Assembly (NCBI RefSeq): GCF_009914755.1
Contig: NC_060925.1
Strand: one strand, 5' to 3'
Length of the DNA stretch: 64,000 nucleotides
Source: the human T2T-CHM13v2.0 reference genome, Homo sapiens
Both the position numbers and the translations under genes were made by a program. Positions 41,801 to 55,838 of this stretch are shown here, piece after piece; the stretch's first letter is position 1; every line of letters begins with the position of its first letter. The notes under the pieces are model-generated. The model had not been told where the DNA came from and did no database searches. It was given only the letters and a program-made list of their open reading frames with translations.

Positions 41801-44800
41801 TCCACTTGCAAATTCCACAAAAACAGTGTTTCAAATCTGCTCTCTCTAAATGAAAGTTCAACTCTGTCAGTTGAATACACACTACACAAGGAAGTTACTG
41901 AGAATTCTTCTGTCTAGCATAATATGAAGTAATCCCGTTTCCAACGAAGGCCTCAAAGGGGTCTGAATATCCACTTGCAGACTTTATAAACAGAGTGTTT
42001 ACTAACTGCTCTATGAAAAGAAAGGTTAAACTCTGTGAGTTGAACACACACATCACAAAGGAGTTTCTGAGAATCATTCTGTCTAGTTTTTCTACGAAGA
42101 TATTTCCTTTTCTACTATTGACCTGAAAGCGGCTGAAATCTCCACTTGCAAATTCCACAAAAAGAGTGTTTCAAGTCTGCTCTGTGTAAAGGATCGTTCA
42201 ACTCTGTGAGTTGAATACACACAACACAAGGAAGTTACTGAGAATTCTTCTGTCTAGCAGAATATGAAGAAATCCCGTTTCCAACGAAGGCCTCAAAGAG
42301 GTCTGAATATCCACATGCAGACTTTACAAACAGAGTGTTTCCTAACTGCTCTATGAAAAGAAAAGTTAAACTCTGTGAGTTGAACGCACACATCACAAAG
42401 GAGTTTATGAGAATCATTCTGTCTAGTCTTTATACGAAGATATTTCCTTTTCTACCATTGACCTCAAAGCGGCTGAAATCTCCACTTTCAAATTCTACAA
42501 AAAGTGTGTTTCAAGTCTGCTCTGTGTAAAGGATCGTTCAACTCTGTGAGTAGAATACACACAACACAAGGAAGTTACTGAGAATTATTCTGTCTAGCAG
42601 AATATGAAGAAATCCCGTTTCCAACGAAGGCCTCAAGGAGGTCTGAATATCCACTTGCAGACTTTACAAACAGAGTGTTTCCTAACTGCTCTATGAACAG
42701 AAAGGTTAAACTCTGTGAGTTGAACGCACACATCACAAAGGAGTTTCTGAGAATCATTCTGTCTAGTCTTTATACGAAGATATTTACTTTTCTACCATTG
42801 ACTTCAAAGCGGCTGAAATCTCCACTTGCAAATTCCACAAAAAGAGTGTTTCAAGTCTGCTCTGTGTAAAGGATCATTCAACTCTGTGAGTTGAATAAAC
42901 ACAACACAAGGAAGTTACTGAGAATTCTTCTGTCTAGCAGAATATGAAGAAATCCCGTTTCCAACGAAGGCCTCAAGGAGGTCTGAATATCCACTTGCAG
43001 ACTTTACAAACAGAGTGTTTCCTAACTGCTCTATGAAAAGAAAGGTTAAACTCTGTGAGTTGAACGCACACATCACAAAGGAGTTTATGAGAATCATTCT
43101 GTCTAGTTTCTATAAGAAGATATTTCCTATTCTACCATTGACCTCAAAGCGGCTGAAATCTCCACTTGCAAATTCGACAAAAAGAGTGTTTCAAGCCTGC
43201 TCTCTGTAAAGGATCCTTCAACTCTGTGAGTTGAATACACACAACACAAGGAAGTTACTGAGAATTATTCTGTCTAGCAGAATATGAAGAAATCCCGTTT
43301 CCAACGAAGGCCTCAAAGAGGTCTGAATATCCACTTGCAGACTTTACAAACAGAGTGTTTCCTAACTGCTCTATGAGAAGAAAAGTTAAACTCTGTGAGT
43401 TGAACGCACACATCACAAAAGATTTTCTGAGAATCATTCTGTCTAGTCTTTATATGAACTTAGTTTCCTTTTCTACCATTGACCTCAAAGCGGCTGAAAT
43501 CTCCACTTGCAAATTCCACAAAAAGAGTGTTTCAAGCCTGCTCTCTGTAAAGGATCCTTCAACTCTGTGAGTTGAATACACACAACACAAGGAAGTTACT
43601 GAGAATTATTCTGTCTAGCAGAATATGAAGAAATCCCGTTTCCAACGAAGGCCTCAAAGAGGTCTGAATATCCACTTGCAGACTTTACAAACAGAGTGTT
43701 TCCTAACTGCTCTATGAAAAGAAAGGTTAAACTCTGTGAGTTGAACGCACACATCACAAAGGAGTTTATGAGAATCATTCTGTCTAGTTTCTATAAGAAG
43801 ATATTTCCTATTCTACCATTGACCTCAAAGCGGCTGAAATCTCCACTTGCAAATTCCACAAAAAGAGTGTTTCAAGCCTGCTCTCTGTAAAGGATCCTTC
43901 AACTCTGTGAGTTGAATACACACAACACAAGGAAGTTACTGAGAATTATTCTGTCTAGCATAATATGAAGAAATCCCGTTTCCAACGAAGGCCTCAAAGA
44001 GGTCTGAATATCCACTTGCAGACTTTACAAACAGAGTGTTTCCTAACTGCTCTATGAGAAGAAAAGTTAAACTCTGTGAGTTGAACGCACACATCACAAA
44101 AGATTTTCTGAGAATCATTCTGTCTAGTCTTTATATGAAGATAGTTTCCTTTTCTACCATTGACCTCAAAGCGGCTGAAATCTCCACTTGCAAATTCCAC
44201 AAAAAGAGTGTTTCAAGTCTGCTCTGTGTAAAGGATCGTTCAACTCTGTGAGTTGAATACACACAACACAAGGAAGTTACTGAGAATTCTTCTGTCTAGC
44301 AGAATATGAAGAAATCCCGTTTCCAACGAAGGCCACAAGATGTCAGAATATCCACTTGCAGACTTTACAAACAGAGTGTTTCCTAACTGCTCTATGAACA
44401 GAAAGGTTAAACTCTGTGAGTTGAACGAACACATCACAACGCAGTTTGTGGGAATGATTCTGTCTAGTTTTGAAACGAAGATATTTCCTTTTCTGCCGTT
44501 GACCTTAAAGCGCTTGAAATCTACACTTGCAAATTGCACAAATAGAGTGTTTCAAATCTGCTCTGTCTAAGGGAACGTTCAAGTCTGTGAGTTGAATGCA
44601 CACAACACAAGGAAGTTACTGGGAATTCTTCTGTCTAGCCTTACATGAAAAAACCCGTTTCCAACGAAGGCCTCTAAGTGGTCAAAATATCCACGTGCAG
44701 ACTTTACAAACAGAGTGTTTCCAAACCGCTGAATGAAAAGAAAAGTTAAGCTCTGAGAGTTGAACGCACACATCACGCAGCAGTTTCTGAGAATGATTCT

Positions 44801-47410
44801 GTCTAGTTTTTATACGAAGATATTTCCTTTTCTGCCTTTGGCCCCAAAGCGCTTGAAATCTCCACTTGCAAATTCCACAAAAACAGTGTTTCAAATCTGC
44901 TCTCTCTAAATGAAAGTTCAACTCTGTCAGTTGAATACACACAACACAAGGAAGTTACTGAGAATTCTTCTGTCTAGCATAATATGAAGAAATCCCGTTT
45001 CCAACGAAGGCCTCAAAGGGGTCTGAATATCCACTTGCAGACTTTATAAACAGAGTGTTTACTAACTGCTCTATGAAAAGAAAGGTTAAACTCTGTGAGT
45101 TGAACACACACATCACAAAGGAGTTTCTGAGAATCATTCTGTCTAGTTTTTCTACGAAGATATTTCCTTTTCTACTATTGACCTGAAAGTGGCTGAAATC
45201 TCCACTTGCAAATTCCACAAAAAGAGTGTTTCAAGTCTGCTCTGTGTAAAGGATCGTTCAACTCTGTGAGTTGAATACACACAACACAAGGAAGTTACTG
45301 AGAATTCTTCTGTCTAGCAGAATAGGAAGAAATCCCGTTTCCAACGAAGGCCTCAAAGAGGTCTGAATATCCACTTGCAGACTTTACAAACAGAGTGTTT
45401 CCTAACTGCTCTATGAAAAGAAAAGTTAAACTCTGTGAGTTGAACGCACACATCACAAAGGAGTTTCTGAGAATCGTTCTGTCTAGTTTCTATAGGAAGA
45501 TATTTCCTATTCTACCATTGACCTCAAAGCGGCTGAAATCTCCACTTGCAAATTCCACAAAAAGAATGTTTCAAGTCTGCTCTGTGTAAAGGATCGTTCA
45601 ACTCTGTGAGTTGAATACACACAACACAAGGAAGTTACTGAGAATTATTCTGTCTAGCATAATATGAAGAAATCCCGTTTCCAACGAAGGCCTCAAAGAG
45701 GTCTGAATATCCACTTGCACACTTTACAAACAGAGTGTTTCCTAACTGCTCTATGAAAAGAAAAGTTAAACTCTGTGAGTTGAACGCACACATCACAAAG
45801 GAGTTTATGAGAATCATTCTGTCTAGTCTTTATACGAAGATATTTCCTTTTCTACCATTGACCTCAAAGCGGCTGAAATCTCCACTTGCAAATTCCACAA
45901 AAAGAGTGTTTCAAGTCTGCTCTGTGTAAAGGATCGTTCAACTCTGTGAGTAGAATACACACAACACAAGGAAGTTACTGAGAATTCTTCTGTCTAGCAG
46001 AATATGAAGAAATCCCGTTTCCAACGAAGGCCTCAAGGAGGTCTGAATATCCACTTGCAGACTTTACAAACAGAGTGTTTCCTAACTGCTCTATGAACAG
46101 AAAGGTTAAACTCTGTGAGTTGAACGCACACATCACAAAGGAGTTTCTGAGAATCATTCAGTCTAGTCTTTATACGAAGATATTTTCTTTTCTACCATTG
46201 ACTTCAAAGCGGCTGAAATCTCCACTTGCAAATTCCACAAAAAGAGTGTTTCAAGTCTGCTCTGTGTAAAGGATCATTCAACTCTGTGAGTTGAATAAAC
46301 ACAACACAAGGAAGTTACTGAGAATTATTCTGTCTAGCAGAATATGAAGAAATCCCGTTTCCAACGAAGGCCTCAAGGAGGTCTGAATATCCACTTGCAG
46401 ACTTTACAAACAGAGTGTTTCCTAACTGCTCTATGAAAAGAAAGGTTAAACTCTGTGAGTTGAACGCACAAATCACAAAGGAGTTTATGAGAATCATTCT
46501 GTCTAGTTTCTATAAGAAGATATTTCCTATTCTACCATTGACCTCAAAGCGGCTGAAATCTCCACTTGCAAATTCGACAAAAAGAGTGTTTCAAGCCTGC
46601 TCTCTGTAAAGGATCCTTCAACTCTGTGAGTTGAATACACACAACACAAGGAAGTTACTGAGAATTATTCTGTCTAGCATAATATGAAGAAATCCCGTTT
46701 CCAACGAAGGCCTCAAAGAGGTCTGAATATCCACTTGCAGACTTTACAAACAGAGTGTTTCCTAACTGCTCTATGAGAAGAAAAGTTAAACTCTGTGAGT
46801 TGAACGCACACATCACAAAAGATTTTCTGAGAATCATTCTGTCTAGTCTTTATATGAAGATAGTTTCCTTTTCTACCATTGACCTCAAAGCGGCTGAAAT
46901 CTCCACTTGCAAATTCCACAAAAAGAGTGTTTCAAGTCTGCTCTGTGTAAAGGATCGTTCAACTCTGTGAGTTGAATACACACAACACAAGGAAGTTACT
47001 GAGAATTCTTCTGTCTAGCAGAAGATGAAGAAATCCCGTTTCCAACGAAGGCCACAAGATGTCAGAATATCCACTTGCAGACTTTACAAACAGAGTGTTT
47101 CCTAACTGCTCTATGAACAGAAAGGTTAAACTCTGTGAGTTGAACGAACACATCACAACGCAGTTTGTGGGAATGATTCTGTCTAGTTTTGAAACGAAGA
47201 TATTTCCTTTTCTGCCGTTGACCTTAAAGCGCTTGAAATCTACACTTGCAAATTGCACAAATAGAGTGTTTCAAATCTGCTCTGTCTAAGGGAACGTTCA
47301 ACTCTGTGAGTTGAATGCACACAACACAAGGAAGTTACTGGGAATTCTTCTGTCTAGCCTTACATGAAAAAAACCCGTTTCCAACGAAGGCCTCTAAGTG
47401 GTCAAAATAT
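35814..47410. repeat. Tandem duplication of a 5780-bp (17-dimer) super-unit
   Basis: Private variants recur at +5780: gaatgactct 35951/41731, actacac 36101/41881, ccacatgcag 36531/42311, cattcagtc ~40375/~46155, gaagatgaag 41241/47021. Confidence 0.92.
39182..41901 (-). repeat. Complete 16-mer HOR unit, 2720 bp
   Basis: A-H order; H markers at 38902 and 41622. Confidence 0.9.
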
Positions 47411-47681
47411 CCACGTGCAGACTTTACAAACAGAGTGTTTCCAAACCGCTGAATGAAAAGAAAAGTTAAACTCTGAGAGTTCAACGCACACATCACGCAG
47501 CAGTTTCTGAGAATGATTCTGTCTAGTTTTTATACGAAGATATTTCCTTTTCTGCCTTTGGCCCCAAAGCGCTTGAAATCTCCACTTGCAAATTCCACAA
47601 AAACAGTGTTTCAAATCTGCTCTCTCTAAATGAAAGTTCAACTCTGTCAGTTGAATACACACAACACAAGGAAGTTACTGA
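44962..47681 (-). repeat. Complete 16-mer HOR unit, 2720 bp
   Basis: A-H order; H markers at 44682 and 47402; largely a copy of 39182-41901. Confidence 0.9.
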
Positions 47682-50600
47682 GAATTCTTCTGTCTAGCAT
47701 AATATGAAGAAATCCCGTTTCCAACGAAGGCCTCAAAGGGGTCTGAATATCCACTTGCAGACTTTATAAACAGAGTGTTTACTAACTGCTCTATGAAAAG
47801 AAAGGTTAAACTCTGTGAGTTGAACACACACATCACAAAGGAGTTTCTGAGAATCATTCTGTCTAGTTTTTCTACGAAGATATTTCCTTTTCTACTATTG
47901 ACCTGAAAGCGGCTGAAATCTCCACTTGCAAATTCCACAAAAAGAGTGTTTCAAGTCTGCTCTGTGTAAAGGATCGTTCAACTCTGTGAGTTGAATACAC
48001 ACAACACAAGGAAGTTACTGAGAATTCTTCTGTCTAGCAGAATAGGAAGAAATCCCGTTTCCAACGAAGGCCTCAAAGAGGTCTGAATATCCACTTGCAG
48101 ACTTTACAAACAGAGTGTTTCCTAACTGCTCTATGAAAAGAAAAGTTAAACTCTGTGAGTTGAACGCACACATCACAAAGGAGTTTCTGAGAATCGTTCT
48201 GTCTAGTTTCTATAGGAAGATATTTCCTATTCTACCATTGACCTCAAAGCGGCTGAAATCTCCACTTGCAAATTCCACAAAAAGAATGTTTCAAGTCTGC
48301 TCTGTGTAAAGGATCGTTCAACTCTGTGAGTTGAATACACACAACACAAGGAAGTTACTGAGAATTATTCTGTCTAGCATAATATGAAGAAATCCCGTTT
48401 CCAGCGAAGGCCTCAAAGAGGTCTGAATATCCACTTGCAGACTTTACAAACAGAGTGTTTCCTAACTGCTCTATGAAAAGAAAAGTTAAACTCTGTGAGT
48501 TGAACGCACACATCACAAAGGAGTTTATGAGAATCATTCTGTCTAGTCTTTATACGAAGATATTTCCTTTTCTACCATTGACCTCAAAGCGGCTGAAATC
48601 TCCACTTTCAAATTCCACAAAAAGAGTGTTTCAAGTCTGCTCTGTGTAAAGGATCGTTCAACTCTGTGAGTAGAATACACACAACACAAGGAAGTTACTG
48701 AGAATTCTTCTGTCTAGCAGAATATGAAGAAATCCCGTTTCCAACGAAGGCCTCAAGGAGGTCTGAATATCCACTTGCAGACTTTACAAACAGAGTGTTT
48801 CCTAACTGCTCTATGAGAAGAAAAGTTAAACTCTGTGAGTTGAACGCACACATCACAAAAGATTTTCTGAGAATCATTCTGTCTAGTCTTTATATGAAGA
48901 TAGTTTCCTTTTCTACCATTGACCTCAAAGCGGCTGAAATCTCCACTTGCAAATTCCACAAAAAGAGTGTTTCAAGTCTGCTGTGTGTAAAGGATCGTTC
49001 AACTCTGTGAGTTGAATACACACAACACAAGGAAGTTACTGAGAATTCTTCTGTCTAGCAGAATATGAAGAAATCCCGTTTCCAACGAAGGCCACAAGAT
49101 GTCAGAATATCCACTTGCAGACTTTACAAACAGAGTGTTTCCTAACTGCTCTATGAACAGAAAGGTTAAACTCTGTGAGTTGAACGAACACATCACAACG
49201 CAGTTTGTGGGAATGATTCTGTCTAGTTTTGAAACGAAGATATTTCCTTTTCTGCCGTTGACCTTAAAGCGCTTGAAATCTACACTTGCAAATTGCACAA
49301 ATAGAGTGTTTCAAATCTGCTCTGTCTAAGGGAACGTTCAACTCTGTGAGTTGAATGCACACAACACAAGGAAGTTACTGGGAATTCTTCTGTCTAGCCT
49401 TACATGAAAAAACCCGTTTCCAACGAAGGCCTCTAAGTGGTCAAAATATCCACGTGCAGACTTTACAAACAGAGTGTTTCCAAACCGCTGAATGAAAAGA
49501 AAAGTTAAGCTCTGAGAGTTGAACGCACACATCACGCAGCAGTTTCTGAGAATGATTCTGTCTAGTTTTTATAAGAAGATATTTCCTTTTCTGCCTTTGG
49601 CCCCAAAGCGCTTGAAATCTCCACTTGCAAATTCCACAAAAACAGTGTTTCAAATCTGCTCTCTCTAAATGAAAGTTCAACTCTGTCAGTTGAATACACA
49701 CAACACAAGGAAGTTACTGAGAATTCTTCTGTCTAGCATAATATGAAGAAATCCCGTTTCCAACGAAGGCCTCAAAGGGGTCTGAATATCCACTTGCAGA
49801 CTTTATAAACAGAGTGTTTACTAACTGCTCTATGAAAAGAAAGGTTAAACTCTGTGAGTTGAACACACACATCACAAAGGAGTTTCTGAGAATCATTCTG
49901 TCTAGTTTTTCTACGAAGATATTTCCTTTTCTACTATTGACCTGAAAGCGGCTGAAATCTCCACTTGCAAATTCCACAAAAAGAGTGTTTCAAGTCTGCT
50001 CTGTGTAAAGGATCGTTCAACTCTGTGAGTTGAATACACACAACACAAGGAAGTTACTGAGAATTCTTCTGTCTAGCAGAATAGGAAGAAATCCCGTTTC
50101 CAACGAAGGCCTCAAAGAGGTCTGAATATCCACTTGCAGACTTTACAAACAGAGTGTTTCCTAACTGCTCTATGAAAAGAAAAGTTAAACTCTGTGAGTT
50201 GAACGCACACATCACAAAGGAGTTTCTGAGAATCGTTCTGTCTAGTTTCTATAGGAAGATATTTCCTTTTCTACCATTGACCTCAAAGCGGCTGAAATCT
50301 CCACTTGCAAATTCCACAAAAAGAATGTTTCAAGTCTGCTCTGTGTAAAGGATCGTTCAACTCTGTGAGTTGAATACACACAACACAAGGAAGTTACTGA
50401 GAATTATTCTGTCTAGCATAATATGAAGAAATCCCGTTTCCAACGAAGGCCTCAAAGAGGTCTGAATATCCACTTGCACACTTTACAAACAGAGTGTTTC
50501 CTAACTGCTCTATGAACAGAAAGGTTTAACTCTGTGAGTTGAACGCACACATCACAAAGGAGTTTCTGAGAATCATTCTGTCTCGTCTTTATACGAAGAT

Positions 50601-53119
50601 ATTTACTTTTCTACCATTGACCTCAAAGCGGCTGAAATCTCCACTTGCAAATTCCACAAAAAGAGTGTTTCAAGTCTGCTCTGTGTAAAGGATCATTCAA
50701 CTCTGTGAGTTGAATAAACACAACACAAGGAAGTTACTGAGAATTCTTCTGTCTAGCAGAATATGAAGAAATCCCGTTTCCAACGAAGGCCACAAGATGT
50801 CAGAATATCCACTTGCAGACTTTACAAACAGAGTGTTTCCTAACTGCTCTATGAACAGAAAGGTTAAACTCTGTGAGTTGAACGAACACATCACAACGCA
50901 GTTTGTGGGAATGATTCTGTCTAGTTTTGAAACGAAGATATTTCCTTTTCTGCCGTTGACCTTAAAGCGCTTGAAATCTACACTTGCAAATTGCACAAAT
51001 AGAGTGTTTCAAATCTGCTCTGTCTAAGGGAACGTTCAACTCTGTGAGTTGAATGCACACAACACAAGGAAGTTACTGGGAATTCTTCTGTCTAGCCTTA
51101 CATGAAAAAAACCCGTTTCCAACGAAGGCCTCTAAGTGGTCAAAATATCCACGTGCAGACTTTACAAACAGAGTGTTTCCAAACCGCTGAATGAAAAGAA
51201 AAGTTAAACTCTGAGAGTTCAACGCACACATCACGCAGCAGTTTCTGAGAATGATTCTGTCTAGTTTTTATACGAAGATATTTCCTTTTCTGCCTTTGGC
51301 CCCAAAGCGCTTGAAATCTCCACTTGCAAATTCCACAAAAACAGTGTTTCAAATCTGCTCTCTCTAAATGAAAGTTCAACTCTGTCAGTTGAATACACAC
51401 AACACAAGGAAGTTAATGAGAATTCTTCTGTCTAGCATAATATGAAGAAATCCCGTTTCCAACGAAGGCCTCAAAGGGGTCTGAATATCCACTTGCAGAC
51501 TTTATAAACAGAGTGTTTACTAACTGCTCTATGAAAAGAAAGGTTAAACTCTGTGAGTTGAACACACACATCACAAAGGAGTTTCTGAGAATCATTCTTT
51601 CTAGTTTTTCTACGAAGATATTTCCTTTTCTACTATTGACCTCAAAGCGGCTGAAATCTCCACTTGCAAATTCCACAAAAAGAGTGTTTCAAGTCTGCTC
51701 TGTGTAAAGGATCGTTCAACTCTGTGAGTTGAATACACACAACACAAGGAAGTTACTGAGAATTCTTCTGTCTAGCAGAATAGGAAGAAATCCCGTTTCC
51801 AACGAAGGCCTCAAAGAGGTCTGAATATCCACTTGCAGACTTTACAAACAGAGTGTTTCCTAACTGCTCTATGAAACGAAAGGTTAAACTCTGTGAGTTG
51901 AACGCACACATCACAAAGGAGTTTCTGAGAATCGTTCTGTCTAGTTTCTATAGGAAGATATTTCCTATTCTACCATTGACCTCAAAGCGGCTGAAATCTC
52001 CACTTGCAAATTCCACAAAAAGAATGTTTCAAGTCTGCTCTGTGTAAAGGATCGTTCAACTCTGTGAGTTGAATACACACAACACAAGGAAGTTACTGAG
52101 AATTCTTCTGTCTAGCAGAATATGAAGAAATCCCGTTTCCAACGAAGGCCTCAAAGAGGTCTGAATATCCACTTGCAGACTTTACAAACAGAGTGTTTCC
52201 TAACTGCTCTATGAAAAGAAAAGTTAAACTCTGTGAGTTGAACGCACACATCACAAAGGAGTTTCTGAGAATCATTCTGTCTGGTCTTTATACGAAGATA
52301 TTTCCTTTTCTACCATTGACCTCAAAGTGGCTGAAATCTCCACTTGCAAATTCCACAAAAAGAGTGTTTCAAGTCTGCTCTGTGTAAAGGATCGTTCAAC
52401 TCTGTGAGTTGAATACACACAACACAAGGAAGTTACTGAGAATTCTTCTGTCTAGCAGAATAGGAAGAAATCCCGTTTCCAACGAAGGCCTCAAGGAGGT
52501 CTGAATATCCACTTGCAGACTTTACAAACAGAGTGTTTCCTAACTGCTCTATGAACAGAAAGGTTAAACTCTGTGAGTTGAACGAACACATCACAACGCA
52601 GTTTGTGGGAATGATTCTGTCTAGTTTTGAAACGAAGATATTTCCTTTTCTGCCGTTGACCTTAAAGCGCTTGAAATCTACACTTGCAAATTGCACAAAT
52701 AGAGTGTTTCAAATCTGCTCTGTCTAAGGGAACGTTCAACTCTGTGAGTTGAATGCACACAACACAAGGAAGTTACTGGGAATTCTTCTGTCTAGCCTTA
52801 CATGAAAAAAACCCGTTTCCAACGAAGGCCTCTAAGTGGTCAAAATATCCACGTGCAGACTTTACAAACAGAGTGTTTCCAAACCGCTGAATGAAAAGAA
52901 AAGTTAAACTCTGAGAGTTCAACGCACACATCACGCAGCAGTTTCTGAGAATGATTCTGTCTAGTTTTTATACGAAGATATTTCCTTTTCTGCCTTTGGC
53001 CCCAAAGCGCTTGAAATCTCCACTTGCAAATTCCACAAAAACAGTGTTTCAAATCTGCTCTCTCTAAATGAAAGTTCAACTCTGTCAGTTGAATACACAC
53101 AACACAAGGAAGTTAATGA

Positions 53120-55838
53120 GAATTCTTCTGTCTAGCATAATATGAAGAAATCCCGTTTCCAACGAAGGCCTCAAAGGGGTCTGAATATCCACTTGCAGAC
53201 TTTATAAACAGAGTGTTTACTAACTGCTCTATGAAAAGAAAGGTTAAACTCTGTGAGTTGAACACACACATCACAAAGGAGTTTCTGAGAATCATTCTTT
53301 CTAGTTTTTCTACGAAGATATTTCCTTTTCTACTATTGACCTCAAAGCGGCTGAAATCTCCACTTGCAAATTCCACAAAAAGAGTGTTTCAAGTCTGCTC
53401 TGTGTAAAGGATCGTTCAACTCTGTGAGTTGAATACACACAACACAAGGAAGTTACTGAGAATTCTTCTGTCTAGCAGAATAGGAAGAAATCCCGTTTCC
53501 AACGAAGGCCTCAAAGAGGTCTGAATATCCACTTGCAGACTTTACAAACAGAGTGTTTCCTAACTGCTCTATGAAACGAAAGGTTAAACTCTGTGAGTTG
53601 AACGCACACATCACAAAGGAGTTTCTGAGAATCGTTCTGTCTAGTTTCTATAGGAAGATATTTCCTATTCTACCATTGACCTCAAAGCGGCTGAAATCTC
53701 CACTTGCAAATTCCACAAAAAGAATGTTTCAAGTCTGCTCTGTGTAAAGGATCGTTCAACTCTGTGAGTTGAATACACACAACACAAGGAAGTTACTGAG
53801 AATGCTTCTGTCTAGCAGAATATGAAGAAATCCCGTTTCCAACGAAGGCCTCAAAGAGGTCTGAATATCCACTTGCAGACTTTACAAACAGAGTGTTTCC
53901 TAACTGCTCTATGAAAAGAAAAGTTAAACTCTGTGAGTTGAACGCACACATCACAAAGGAGTTTCTGAGAATCATTCTGTCTGGTCTTTATACGAAGATA
54001 TTTCCTTTTCTACCATTGACCTCAAAGTGGCTGAAATCTCCACTTGCAAATTCCACAAAAAGAGTGTTTCAAGTCTGCTCTGTGTAAAGGATCGTTCAAC
54101 TCTGTGAGTTGAATACACACAACACAAGGAAGTTACTGAGAATTCTTCTGTCTAGCAGAATATGAAGAAATCCCGTTTCCAACGAAGGCCTCAAGGAGGT
54201 CTGAATATCCACTTGCAGACTTTACAAACAGAGTGTTTCCTAACTGCTCTATGAACAGAAAGGTTAAACTCTGTGAGTTGAACGCACACATCACAAAGGA
54301 GTTTCTGAGAATCATTCTGTCTAGTCTTTATACGAAGATATTTACTTTTCTACCATTGACCTCAAAGCGGCTGAAATCTCCACTTGCAAATTCCACAAAA
54401 AGAGTGTTTCAAGTCTGCTCTGTGTAAAGGATCATTCAACTCTGTGAGTTGAATAAACACAACACAAGGAAGTTACTGAGAATTCTTCTGTCTAGCAGAA
54501 TATGAAGAAATCCCGTTTCCAACGAAGGCCTCAAGGAGGTCTGAATATCCACTTGCAGACTTTACAAACAGAGTGTTTCCTAACTGCTCTATGAAAAGAA
54601 AGGTTAAACTCTGTGAGTTGAACGCACACATCACAAAGGAGTTTATGAGAATCATTCTGTCTAGTTTCTATAAGAAGATATTTCCTATTCTACCATTGAC
54701 CTCAAAGCGGCTGAAATCTCCACTTGCAAATTCGACAAAAAGAGTGTTTCAAGCCTGCTCTCTGTAAAGGATCCTTCAACTCTGTGAGTTGAATACACAC
54801 AACACAAGGAAGTTACTGAGAATTATTCTGTCTAGCATAATATGAAGAAATCCCGTTTCCAACGAAGGCCTCAAAGAGGTCTGAATATCCACTTGCAGAC
54901 TTTACAAACAGAGTGTTTCCTAACTGCTCTATGAGAAGAAAAGTTAAACTCTGTGAGTTGAACGCACACATCACAAAAGATTTTCTGAGAATCATTCTGT
55001 CTAGTCTTTATATGAAGATAGTTTCCTTTTCTACCATTGACCTCAAAGCGGCTGAAATCTCCACTGGCAAATTCCACAAAAGAGTGTTTCAAGTCTGCTC
55101 TGTGTAAAGGATCGTTCAACTCTGTGAGTTGAATACACACAACACAAGGAAGTTACTGAGAATTCTTCTGTCTAGCAGAATATGAAGAAATCCCGTTTCC
55201 AACGAAGGCCACAAGATGTCAGAATATCCACTTACAGACTTTACAAACAGAGTGTTTCCTAACTGCTCTATGAACAGAAAGGTTAAACTCTGTGAGTTGA
55301 ACGAGCACATCACAACGCAGTTTCTGGGAATGATTCGGTCTAGTTTTGAAACGAAGATATTTCCTTTTCTGCCGTTGACCTTAAAGAGCTTGAAAACTAC
55401 ACTTGCAAATTGCACAAATAGAGTGTTTCAAATCTGCTCTGTCTAAGGGAACGTTCAACTCTGTGAGTTGAATGCACACAACACAAGGAAGTTACTGGGA
55501 ATTCTTCTGTCTAGCCTTACATGAAAAAATCCCGTTTCCAACGAAGGCCTCTAAGTGGTCAAAATTTCCACGTGCAGACTTTACAAACAGAGTGTTTCCA
55601 AACCGCTGAATGAAAAGAAAAGTTAAACTCTGAGAGTTGAACGCACACATCACGCAGCAGTTTCTGAGAATGATTCTGTCTAGTTTTTATACGAAGATAT
55701 TTCCTTTTCTGCCTTTGGCCCCAAAGCGCTTGAAATCTCCACTTGCAAATTCCACAAAAACAGTGTTTCAAATCTGCTCTCTCTAAATGAAAGTTCAACT
55801 CTGTCAGTTGAATACACACAACACAAGGAAGTTACTGA
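53120..55838 (-). repeat. Complete 16-mer HOR unit, 2719 bp
   Basis: A-H order, with a 1-bp deletion in the A-run near 55080. Confidence 0.88.
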
